The position numbers were made by a program, and so were the translations under genes. Source: Nitrosopumilus sp. (GTDB lineage Archaea > Thermoproteota > Nitrososphaeria > Nitrososphaerales > Nitrosopumilaceae). From it: a stretch of 64,000 bases of DNA. Positions within the stretch are counted from its first letter, which is position 1, and the number at the start of each line of letters is the position of its first letter. The DNA lies in NCBI GenBank assembly GCA_029863275.1, contig JAOTVS010000003.1, positions 18,623-82,622 of the forward strand, in the 5' to 3' direction. A model generated the notes under the pieces. The model had not been told where the DNA came from. It saw only the letters and a program-made list of their open reading frames with translations, and did no database searches. This document shows, piece after piece, positions 9,596-17,559 of this stretch.

Positions 9596-10975
9596 TCATT
9601 CTTTAGTATCTTCTGAAGGTTTTTGGATAAAACCACCCTCCTTTGGTTCTGGAGGAGGAATTTTCTTTGATCGTCCTAAACCAATTGTTGTAATAATTAC
9701 TGAGGCTAAAATAATAAAAAAAACAATTTGTGGATAAACTTCTGCATTTGGTAATCCTAATGTTACTGGAATTGTAGCCAATACAGCTGCGGCCAAACCA
9801 CGAGGGATCATCGAATAAGTTACTTTTCTATCTAATAAGGAAAATCTTTTTGTTAATGTTATCTTGCTTACAATCAATCTTCCAAAATAAATAGCAATTG
9901 TGATTCCAACTCCAAGTATTGCGTATTCAAATCTACCTATACTTGCCATTAATCCCACGAATACAAAAAAGAAAGAACGTACTAAAAATGTCAGTTGATT
10001 GTGTGTAGGATCATCAAGTTCTACTCTTGGTAGTTTGAACTTTAGAATTTTTGCTAGATTATTTCTATTTCCTAACATCAATCCAAATACCAATGCAGTA
10101 AGAGCCCCTGACTCTCCAAAGGAATTTGCCAGAAAAAATAGAACAAACAATATTCCAAGTGTAAGCATGTATGCATGTTGTGTGTTACCAAGTTTTGTAG
10201 ATACATACATCCAAGGAATTCCCACTCCAAAACCAAGAATTAATCCTACGACAATTGCTCTTCCCAAAGTTTCTTGAAGAACTTGCAGATCAAATTGACC
10301 AACAAGTATTGCTTCAAACAGGATAAATGCAATAATTGTAGATAAAATATCGGTTAAGGCCGATTCAAAACTAAGCATATTTTTGGTTTCCTCTGAAATT
10401 TTTATATTTCTGACAAGTCCAAAAACAATAGCTGAACTACTACCTCCAACAATTGATCCAAGTAGAATACTTTCTAACCATAACCAATCTAAAACATAAT
10501 GAACAGCTAATGTCGTGATGGTAACTGATAAAATAAAACCAAGAATTGCTAATGTAAAAGAAAAATGTGCAGTTTTTACTATTTGTTTTAGATCCAAATT
10601 TAATCCACCATCAAACATGATTATTATCAAAGCCAAAGCGGCAAAATATGGAACAATTTGATAGACGGCTTCAGGCTGAATAATTCCAAGAATAGGTCCG
10701 ATTATTACGCCCAGAATCATTAAAAATGCAACATCTGGAATTCCTGTTTTTTTAAAAAAGGCTTCTCCTACAACACCAGAAAAAATAACCACACCTGCAG
10801 CAAGCAATAATACATGAGCAGAGGCAATTGGACCCTCTTGACTTAGAGTCCCAACAAAATTTTGAAATTCATTAAATTTTTCTAAAATGATACTTGTATC
10901 AAAATCTTCTAACGGAATAATATTACCAACTTGTCCTTTAACTAACTCTAATATTCCAAAAAAAATTGGGTTCAT
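9596..10975 (-). CDS. Na+/H+ (cation/proton) antiporter, CPA1 family
   Basis: 459 aa. Polytopic membrane protein with exchanger-like segments (FDGGLNLDL, ESALTDILS). Confidence 0.75.
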   Translation of the reverse strand: MNPIFFGILELVKGQVGNIIPLEDFDTSIILEKFNEFQNFVGTLSQEGPIASAHVLLLAAGVVIFSGVVGEAFFKKTGIPDVAFLMILGVIIGPILGIIQPEAVYQIVPYFAALALIIIMFDGGLNLDLKQIVKTAHFSFTLAILGFILSVTITTLAVHYVLDWLWLESILLGSIVGGSSSAIVFGLVRNIKISEETKNMLSFESALTDILSTIIAFILFEAILVGQFDLQVLQETLGRAIVVGLILGFGVGIPWMYVSTKLGNTQHAYMLTLGILFVLFFLANSFGESGALTALVFGLMLGNRNNLAKILKFKLPRVELDDPTHNQLTFLVRSFFFVFVGLMASIGRFEYAILGVGITIAIYFGRLIVSKITLTKRFSLLDRKVTYSMIPRGLAAAVLATIPVTLGLPNAEVYPQIVFFIILASVIITTIGLGRSKKIPPPEPKEGGFIQKPSEDTKE

Positions 10976-11100
10976 ACAATATTGAATTTAATTAGGAGCT
11001 ATTAAAAGGCAAATTAGTCAAGCTTGATTGATTGTTTATAGATGATTTTTGATTATTACATTAGAACAAATTAAATCTCTCTCTTGCAGTCTATGATTTA

Positions 11101-11643
11101 TTGAGTGCAACTAATGAACTTCGAGCTGATCATGATCAAGTAAGACGTTTACAAAAATTAATTGAAAAATGTGCAGAAAAGATAGCAAATGGATCAAATA
11201 TTCCATTTTCTGATATTGAAAAAATAACCATAATTATTTATGAGTTTGTAGACGCTATCCATCATTCCAGAGAAGAAAATTCATATTTTCCATGTGTCGC
11301 AAGTTATGACAGTCTAAAAGAAGAAATTCGAGCATTTATGATAGAGCATGAATTTGGCAGAAATATTGCCAGAGAAATTTCCAGACATTTGCAACGATGG
11401 AAAAAAGGTGAAAATGCACGAGAACCAGTATCAAGATTTTTGAGAACGTATTCGATTTATCTATATGATCACCTAAATAAAGAAAATAAATTTTTTGACC
11501 AAGCAGAGGCCGAAGTTCTATCAAAAGAAGAAGAAACTGAGATGTATGAACAATATCGATCGATTAATGCTATAACAAAAAAGAAAGAAGATATGATTAA
11601 AGAAATTGATTTTCTAGAAAATCAACCATGGTTTCAAATGTAA
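11101..11643 (+). CDS. Hemerythrin-like (HHE cation-binding) domain protein
   Basis: 180 aa. LRADHDQVRRL...HHSREE...IEHEFGR...LYDHLNKENKFF His/Glu pattern resembles hemerythrin-like metal-binding domains. Confidence 0.5.
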   Translation: MSATNELRADHDQVRRLQKLIEKCAEKIANGSNIPFSDIEKITIIIYEFVDAIHHSREENSYFPCVASYDSLKEEIRAFMIEHEFGRNIAREISRHLQRWKKGENAREPVSRFLRTYSIYLYDHLNKENKFFDQAEAEVLSKEEETEMYEQYRSINAITKKKEDMIKEIDFLENQPWFQM

Positions 11644-11681
11644 CGTAAACTCTTTATGTACTATTTCATCGATTTACTTGT

Positions 11682-12197
11682 ATGAAACCATTTGTTCTTT
11701 GGATGACTGGTCTTCCATGTTCAGGGAAAACCACTATCGTTAAGGATTTACAAAAAGATATTCCAAATTTGGCTATGCTTGATGGTGATGAACTTAGGGA
11801 ATGGTTCTCTCCCAAAGATTTTTCAAAAGAAGGAAGAGATGAACACAACAAAAAGGTGGCTCATTTAGCTAAACTTTTGCTAAAGCATGGAGTTCCAAGT
11901 GCAGTTTCGTTGGTATCTCCCTATCTTGAAAATAGAGAAAAAGCAAGGGAAATTATCAATGCAGGTGACCAATTTGCAGAATGTTATGTAAAATGCTCTC
12001 TTGCAAAATGTGAAGAAAGAGATGTTAAAGGTATGTATGCCAAAGCCAGAAAAGGCGAGATTAAAGGATTTACGGGAATTGACGATCCTTATGAAGCCCC
12101 TGAAAAAGCAGATCTTATTGTTGATACAGAAATTGATTCTCTCTCAGAGAGTGCAACCAAAGTTAAAGAATTTCTTAAAGGAAGAAACTTAATTTAA
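11682..12197 (+). CDS. cysC: Adenylylsulfate (APS) kinase
   Basis: 171 aa. LWMTGLPCSGKTT P-loop, LDGDELR motif and SLVSPY motif typical of CysC. Confidence 0.85.
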   Translation: MKPFVLWMTGLPCSGKTTIVKDLQKDIPNLAMLDGDELREWFSPKDFSKEGRDEHNKKVAHLAKLLLKHGVPSAVSLVSPYLENREKAREIINAGDQFAECYVKCSLAKCEERDVKGMYAKARKGEIKGFTGIDDPYEAPEKADLIVDTEIDSLSESATKVKEFLKGRNLI

Positions 12198-13004
12198 TTT
12201 TTTAAATTCTTCTAAAATAGTATTGTGAATTAAGCCATTTGTAACTAAAATTCCGTTTTGATGATTTACAATTTTATTGTTATACGTTAAGTCATTACCT
12301 AACATATCTGTCATCTTTCCACCAGCTTCTGAAATTATGCAATATGATGCAGCCGAATCCCATTCTTTCATTTTATTTGTTGTAGTGATGTAAGCTTCAG
12401 CTTCTCCAGAACTAATTTTTCCGACCTTTAAGGAACTACCAATACTTGTAAAATTTTTGATTCCTAATTTTTTGATAAACATTTTTTCTTTATCTGATAG
12501 GTGATGTCTTGAACCCACTGCTCTACATTTTGGCAGTTCTGATATTTTAGTCACAGAAATTTTTCTCCATTCATTCCCTGAAAATCTGTACGCTCCTTTT
12601 CCTTCTTGAGCTGCAAAGATAGTTTTTTCAGTTGGCCAACCAATAACCCCTATAATTGGTTTTTTGTTTTTAATTAAAGCAATCATGACTGTAAATTCTC
12701 CAGTTTTATCTATAAAATCTGAGGTTCCATCTAGTGGATCTACAATCCAGATTTTATTTTTGGATATTCTCCTTTGATCATCTTTATCTTCCTCAGATAA
12801 AATTTGATGATCAGTCTTTGATAAAATTCTCTTGATTACCTCATTGCTTTTTAGATCTGCATCTGTTATTGGTGAGTTGTCCTGCTTAATTGAAGTCTCA
12901 TATTTTCCCTCATAAATCTCTAAAATAATATTTCCTGCTTCAGTTACTGCTTGCAAGGCTATATCTAACTCTGGAATTTTATCTGAAATTGGAATATTTT
13001 GCAA
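12189..13004 (-). CDS. cysQ: Inositol monophosphatase-family phosphatase, probably 3'(2'),5'-bisphosphate nucleotidase
   Basis: 271 aa. IMPase motifs ILSEED and WIVDPLDGTSDF. The CysQ call is inferred from its convergent overlap with cysC. Confidence 0.65.
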   Translation of the reverse strand: MQNIPISDKIPELDIALQAVTEAGNIILEIYEGKYETSIKQDNSPITDADLKSNEVIKRILSKTDHQILSEEDKDDQRRISKNKIWIVDPLDGTSDFIDKTGEFTVMIALIKNKKPIIGVIGWPTEKTIFAAQEGKGAYRFSGNEWRKISVTKISELPKCRAVGSRHHLSDKEKMFIKKLGIKNFTSIGSSLKVGKISSGEAEAYITTTNKMKEWDSAASYCIISEAGGKMTDMLGNDLTYNNKIVNHQNGILVTNGLIHNTILEEFKKLN

Positions 13005-13014
13005 TTATTATTAC

Positions 13015-13224
13015 CTATGTTGTAAGCTCTGGCTTTAGACTCCACGCTACCCCAAGCATGATAAATGGAATTGACATTACACCAATAATTGTCAACATTG
13101 TATTGAGTTGAGAATCTGAAACTTGGGGGTTGTTGATAATCCAAGGAAGTGGTAAAGTGATAACTATCCATATGATTCCGAGTAAAATGAATAATTTTGC
13201 TTTTTTCTTTCGATCAGCCATCAT
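13015..13224 (-). CDS. Small membrane protein, two predicted TM helices
   Basis: 69 aa. Basic N-terminus followed by two hydrophobic stretches. Confidence 0.4.
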   Translation of the reverse strand: MMADRKKKAKLFILLGIIWIVITLPLPWIINNPQVSDSQLNTMLTIIGVMSIPFIMLGVAWSLKPELTT

Positions 13225-13262
13225 GTCAAGTATATTTTGACAAGTATTAAACTCATGTGAAT

Positions 13263-14006
13263 TTATTTAGTTGATTGTCCTCCATCAACAGCTAAAATTG
13301 CCCCAGTGGTCCAAGAGGAATCTTGCGATGCTAAAAATAATACTGAATTTGCAATTTCTTTAGGTTGTCCAATTCTACCTAACGGATGATCATTATTCAT
13401 AAAATCCCTATCTTTTTCTGTTTTCAAAAAGGGCTTTGTCATATCTGTGTCAACTACACCAGGACAAATACAATTTACTCTTATCTTATTTTTTGAATAT
13501 TCCAATGCCCAACATTTTGTTAGAACAATCAAAGCTGCTTTTGATGCAGAATATGCATCAGCGTTAAATCCCTCATAAGCTTTTAGTCCTGCATCTGATG
13601 AAACATTAACAATAGTACCTGAAGTTTTTTGTAAATAGGGGATAGAAAATTTGGTAAATCTAAATACGCCATTAAGATTTACATCTAACACTTCATTCCA
13701 TTCTACTTCTGAAATTTCATGTAATTGTTTAATTTTTGGGAAAATCCCAGCATTGTTTATTAAAATATCTAACTTTCCAAATCTTTCAATTGTCTTTTCA
13801 ACAACATCTTTGACTTCTTCTTCTTTTCTAATGTCTGATGGTATTGCAATTGTATTATTTATTTTATTAGCAGCATTTTGGAGCTGAAGAGAATTTTTTG
13901 AGGTAATTATTACCTTTGCTCCATTTTCAGAAAAAGTCTTGGCTATTTCAAAACCTATTCCTCTACTCCCTCCTGTTATTATCGCAACTTTTCCATCTAA
14001 TTTCAA
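13263..14006 (-). CDS. Short-chain dehydrogenase/reductase (FabG-like)
   Basis: 247 aa. TGGSRGIG cofactor motif, NNAG, and Y-x3-K catalytic motif (YSASKAA). Confidence 0.85.
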   Translation of the reverse strand: MKLDGKVAIITGGSRGIGFEIAKTFSENGAKVIITSKNSLQLQNAANKINNTIAIPSDIRKEEEVKDVVEKTIERFGKLDILINNAGIFPKIKQLHEISEVEWNEVLDVNLNGVFRFTKFSIPYLQKTSGTIVNVSSDAGLKAYEGFNADAYSASKAALIVLTKCWALEYSKNKIRVNCICPGVVDTDMTKPFLKTEKDRDFMNNDHPLGRIGQPKEIANSVLFLASQDSSWTTGAILAVDGGQSTK

Positions 14007-14327
14007 TAGATATTTTCACAAAATTCGTAATTTATACCTCGTTGAGGATATTGATAAAATTGATAAAATTTTGAATTTATAAAATTAGCAATTTAAGATT
14101 AAACCATTAATTTATTGAATATGTAAATTGAGAAAATATCACTAAGAATTAACTAAAGGAGTTTTGAAAAATCATATAATAAAGATAATAACTCAGATAT
14201 TTTCATTATAATTTTTTTTAGGTTTATAGGAAAATTTTCTATAACTTGTTTAATGAAAAAATTACCATAAATAGTAAAATTTATACAAAAATTTTTATTA
14301 AATATTAAATAGTTAAAATTCCTACGT

Positions 14328-14458
14328 AATTACATGCCGAAGGACATAATTCCTATCGACTAAATTGCGTGGCTCCACAGAACGAAAAAAATAATCAGAT
14401 CTTAACGCATCTGACCACGAGAGGAAATCTCTCACAGTTCTGTAAAAGAGGGGCACGC
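14328..14458 (-). ncRNA. Candidate structured RNA or 3' UTR element, class unknown
   Basis: GC-rich patch in AT-rich spacer that begins right after the stop of the 14462..14893 gene. Nested helices: GCGTG/CACGC (14367-71/14454-58), ACAGAAC/GTTCTGT (14377-83/14437-43), TCAGAT/ATCTGA (14395-400/14409-14), GAGAG/CTCTC (14419-23/14429-33). There is also a hairpin at 14328-14351 that, on the minus strand, has G-U pairs and a UUCG loop. Confidence 0.35.
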
Positions 14459-14461
14459 CTC

Positions 14462-14893
14462 CTAATTTCTGATGATATCAACAGATACACTACCTTTTAG
14501 ATTTTCATTCGGGTTTATTTTAATAGATAATTCTTTTTGAGTTGGAATAAGAATTACTTTTTGCCCATCATAATCCCACGTATAATATTCAGATATACCA
14601 GTTTCATGTAAGGTTCCATTCAAAACAAAATTTTCAGAAAATTCAAAATCATCACCTTTTAATGAAATCGAAAGATTTTGAGGACTGTCACCATTAGGAA
14701 CAAATCTGAATTTGTATTCTCCTTTTTCTACGATAAATGTGCTTGAATAAACTCCTTTATCATATAGTTCTGGACTGGCTAAAGTTATATGAAAAACTAC
14801 ATTTTTTTTATCTGAGGGATTTGATTGGGAGCCTAACCCAATAATTACTATAATTAAAATAATTATAGGAGGAATTAGAAATTTTTTATTCAT
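14462..14893 (-). CDS. Secreted hypothetical protein
   Basis: 143 aa. N-terminal signal/anchor KKFLIPPIIILIIVIIGLGS followed by a beta-rich-looking domain. Confidence 0.55.
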   Translation of the reverse strand: MNKKFLIPPIIILIIVIIGLGSQSNPSDKKNVVFHITLASPELYDKGVYSSTFIVEKGEYKFRFVPNGDSPQNLSISLKGDDFEFSENFVLNGTLHETGISEYYTWDYDGQKVILIPTQKELSIKINPNENLKGSVSVDIIRN

Positions 14894-15050
14894 TTGGGTA
14901 AATTAATCTTAATGTTATAAAAATAAATTCATAATGGTGCCTAATTTTTTCCATTTTGTTCATAGTGAATCATTTTTGTTAGTAAAATTTAATGTACTGT
15001 GAATGAATCTTTACACCCGAAATTAAGTATTAATTTTAAAATTAAAAATA

Positions 15051-15692
15051 TTGACACAACTCCAAGATAAATGGTCTAAACAACCAAAACCAGGAATTGC
15101 TGAGAAATTTAATGATGTAATTAAACCAAAAGGTGCTCTTAAACCAAGAGTTCAAACTGCAATTAAAAAATTAAGTTTACAAATTTCAAAATTAGACAAC
15201 ATGTTAACTAAACTAAATGAACGAGATGCTAAAATTTTTCAAAGAATTGTAGAGGCAACACAACAACATGATACCCAAAAAAGTAAAGTTTTATCAAATG
15301 AATTAGCTGAGATTAGAAAAGTAAGTAAAATTTTGGGAAGTGCAAGAATAGCCTTAGAACGAATAGAATTACGATTAACTACCTTCAATGACCTAGGTGA
15401 TACTGTAGTCACAATAATGCCTACGATGGGTCTAATGAAAAATCTAAAAACCTCTCTAGGTAAAGTAATGCCTGGTGCTGAGCAAGAAATTGGTCAAATG
15501 GCAGACATGTTAGGCGGGTTTATGACTGATAGTTTCGCAGGTGATGGTGCCTTTGGTATTGATGAGACCACAAATATGGAATCAGATAAAATATTACAAG
15601 AAGCCGCCGCAGTTGCAGAAAATTCTACCGGAGATTTATTCCCATCAGTTCCAACGCCTACTACATCTACTGCATCTACAAAATTTCTTTAA
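15051..15692 (+). CDS. cdvB: ESCRT-III / Snf7-family protein (CdvB paralog)
   Basis: 213 aa. Snf7-like helical core. Closely related by eye to the ORF at 40579..41229 (shared blocks GALKPR.QTA, SKVLSNELAEIRKV, LRLTT..DLGD, ILQEA.AVAE). C-terminal FPSVP proline motif. Confidence 0.8.
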   Translation: MTQLQDKWSKQPKPGIAEKFNDVIKPKGALKPRVQTAIKKLSLQISKLDNMLTKLNERDAKIFQRIVEATQQHDTQKSKVLSNELAEIRKVSKILGSARIALERIELRLTTFNDLGDTVVTIMPTMGLMKNLKTSLGKVMPGAEQEIGQMADMLGGFMTDSFAGDGAFGIDETTNMESDKILQEAAAVAENSTGDLFPSVPTPTTSTASTKFL

Positions 15693-15715
15693 AGACTATT
15701 TTTCATAATTTAACT

Positions 15716-16174
15716 TTATAGAGATTCTCTGGACTCTTTAATCTGCTTTACTCTGCTTCCTTCGCTATCTACAATATTATCTATTCCAGATAATTTTTCC
15801 TTCAAACTATTAATCAGTGATCCTACATTATCTGCTTCATTCTCTACTTCTTGTCTCTTACGAGTTAATTCTTTAATTCCTTGATTTTCTTCATCAATAT
15901 AGGCACTAACTTTTTCTAATTTTTCCTTTAGATTCTTAATATCAACTGATTCATCTTCAATATCCTTTTCTAATGCAGTTCGCTTATCTTTCAAATTTTT
16001 AATCATTAAACCTACATAATCAATTGCTTCATCTAATTTTGCACGCTTGTTCATAAGATCTCCAATTCCTATACTGCTGGAATCTTCTGACATTGTAGTG
16101 TCTAAAATTTTCAGTTTTTCCTCAGGTTTTACTTCTTCCATTTCTTCTCCTTGATTCTTGAACTTATCAAACAT
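15716..16174 (-). CDS. Coiled-coil hypothetical protein
   Basis: 152 aa. Strongly charged heptad-like sequence (KNLKDKRTALEKDIEDESVDIKNLKEKLEKV...). Convergent with the cdvB paralog, 23-nt gap. Confidence 0.5.
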   Translation of the reverse strand: MFDKFKNQGEEMEEVKPEEKLKILDTTMSEDSSSIGIGDLMNKRAKLDEAIDYVGLMIKNLKDKRTALEKDIEDESVDIKNLKEKLEKVSAYIDEENQGIKELTRKRQEVENEADNVGSLINSLKEKLSGIDNIVDSEGSRVKQIKESRESL

Positions 16175-16250
16175 TTAATAAATTATTTATAAAATACGAA
16201 TAAAAAGTTATTTTGTATTCTCAAAACTGACCCACTGAACGATTTTTTGA

Positions 16251-16919
16251 TCATAAAAAAGAAAAAATGATGACATTACACCAATTCTTGATTTCTTGCC
16301 TTTTGGTTGCCATCAATAGAATTTATGGATTCTGATGTTGTACTTTTAATTTGGAAAAGGTGGAGATCTAGACTTTTTTCAGAATTTTCCAGATTTGAAT
16401 TCAAAAATACAATTAAAAATTGATTTTTTTCATCGATTCTGTCATATAACCAGAAAAAATGACTCTATATTCAAGGTCCTTTCCAGAGAGATTTTCAATC
16501 AAATCTGGATTTGAATTGCTAGATTTTCCAATAACCTTTAATTCAATTCACCTTTAGATAGATTTAGTCCCATTTACTGAAATCTTCAAAAATTTTGTTC
16601 CATCTTTAGAAGACTTTCCACCAAAAATGACTATTCCAGACTGATAACCTTTGGATTCTTCATATGACCATCCCGAAGATTCTTCTAAAGAAAAAATTCT
16701 TTTTATTTCATTATTAGTATCCTTCAAAAAAGCAATTTCCTTGATCTCTGACGTTTCATTTACTGATTTTTCATAAAAAAAGTTTATAGTATTTCTTTTT
16801 GAGAATTATCTAAAGATTTCCAATCATTCTGGATTTCCTCCAATTCGATTCTCTTCACTTTCCGCATAAAAGTAGGTTACAGCCAGGGGAGATGTTGAAC
16901 GCATAAACAAAATTGCCAT
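16251..16919 (-). pseudogene. Decayed gene for a secreted protein (fragments in three frames)
   Basis: My minus-strand translation gives MAILFMRSTSPLAVTYFYAESEENRIGGNPE*, then in other frames TINFFYEKSVNETSEIKEIAFLKDTNNEIKRIFSLEESSGWSYEESKGYQSGIVIFGGKSSKDGTKFLKISVNGTKSI*, IELKVIGKSSNSNPDLIENLSGKDLEYRVIFSGYMTESMKKINF* and more. The ORF track has no ORF of 60 aa or longer between 16175 and 17268. Confidence 0.35.
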
Positions 16920-17198
16920 CACTTTAACCGTATTATTCTAATATTTTCTCATTATTGGTGGATATTTCAAATAATAATTTAGGAATGGTAATGAAACGTC
17001 CTGTTCTTTATATACAAAAAATCTTGAAATTTGGAAAAAGAAAATAAAATTTTGAAATTTTTTAAGAAAATTTCAAATGGTAATATTTTTTCAAAAATTA
17101 GCTAAATTTAGAAATATTCTTCAGGCACAATAAAAACTTCATATTTTCCTTCCTCAATCAAAATAGACAAAAGTTTTACTTTTGGAGATTGAAATTAG

Positions 17199-17222
17199 TG
17201 TTCCGCTTTGTGTTCCGCTTTG
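17199..17222 (+). repeat. Perfect tandem direct repeat, 2 x 12 nt (TGTTCCGCTTTG)
   Basis: Read directly: tgttccgctttg tgttccgctttg. It ends 47 nt upstream of the ATG of the wHTH gene at 17269. Confidence 0.9.
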
Positions 17223-17268
17223 AGGTTTCAGAAGATTCCTCATAAACAAACTGTTGCTATACTAGTAC

Positions 17269-17556
17269 ATGTCAAAACAACAATACAGGTCCGAAATGGG
17301 CATAATGGGTGATATCCTTGACGTTACCGCAAATGGTGGACGCGATGGAATCATTATATCTGCAATATCTCGTAAAGCCAACCTATCTCACTATGCAGTA
17401 CTAGACAAATGTGAGAAATTGGTAGAAGCTGGCTTAGTCGAATCAGTCAAAAACGATAGAAATAGGGTCTTTTTAATTACTGAAAAAGGACTTCAATTTT
17501 TCCAGGAATTCAAGAGATTTCAGGGACTCGTTGAGAGCATGAACTTAAGGTATTAG
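17269..17556 (+). CDS. Small winged-helix DNA-binding protein
   Basis: 95 aa. Pattern IISAISRKANLSHYAVLDKCEKLVEAGLVESVKNDRNRVFLITEKG is typical of small archaeal wHTH regulators. Confidence 0.7.
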   Translation: MSKQQYRSEMGIMGDILDVTANGGRDGIIISAISRKANLSHYAVLDKCEKLVEAGLVESVKNDRNRVFLITEKGLQFFQEFKRFQGLVESMNLRY

Positions 17557-17559
17557 CCA

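Noticed and set aside
12965-13171. 68-aa ORF overlapping both the cysQ 5' end and the small membrane-protein ORF. The nested ORF 12001..12192 inside cysC is a similar case.
   Set aside because: These are out-of-frame overlaps with better-supported genes, and their translations are not protein-like.
14051-14068. Tandem 9-mer TTGATAAAA x2 upstream of the SDR gene.
   Set aside because: Very AT-rich and short. It could easily arise by chance or slippage in this base composition, and nothing else supports a function.
14373-14431. CCACAGAACG and GAGGAAATCTC resemble the RNase P RNA P4 strands (ACAGAA... and GAGGAAAGUCC).
   Set aside because: The order of the two motifs is wrong for either strand. 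GAGGAAAT lacks the GUCC continuation. The GC-rich patch, about 140 nt, is far too short for an archaeal RNase P RNA.
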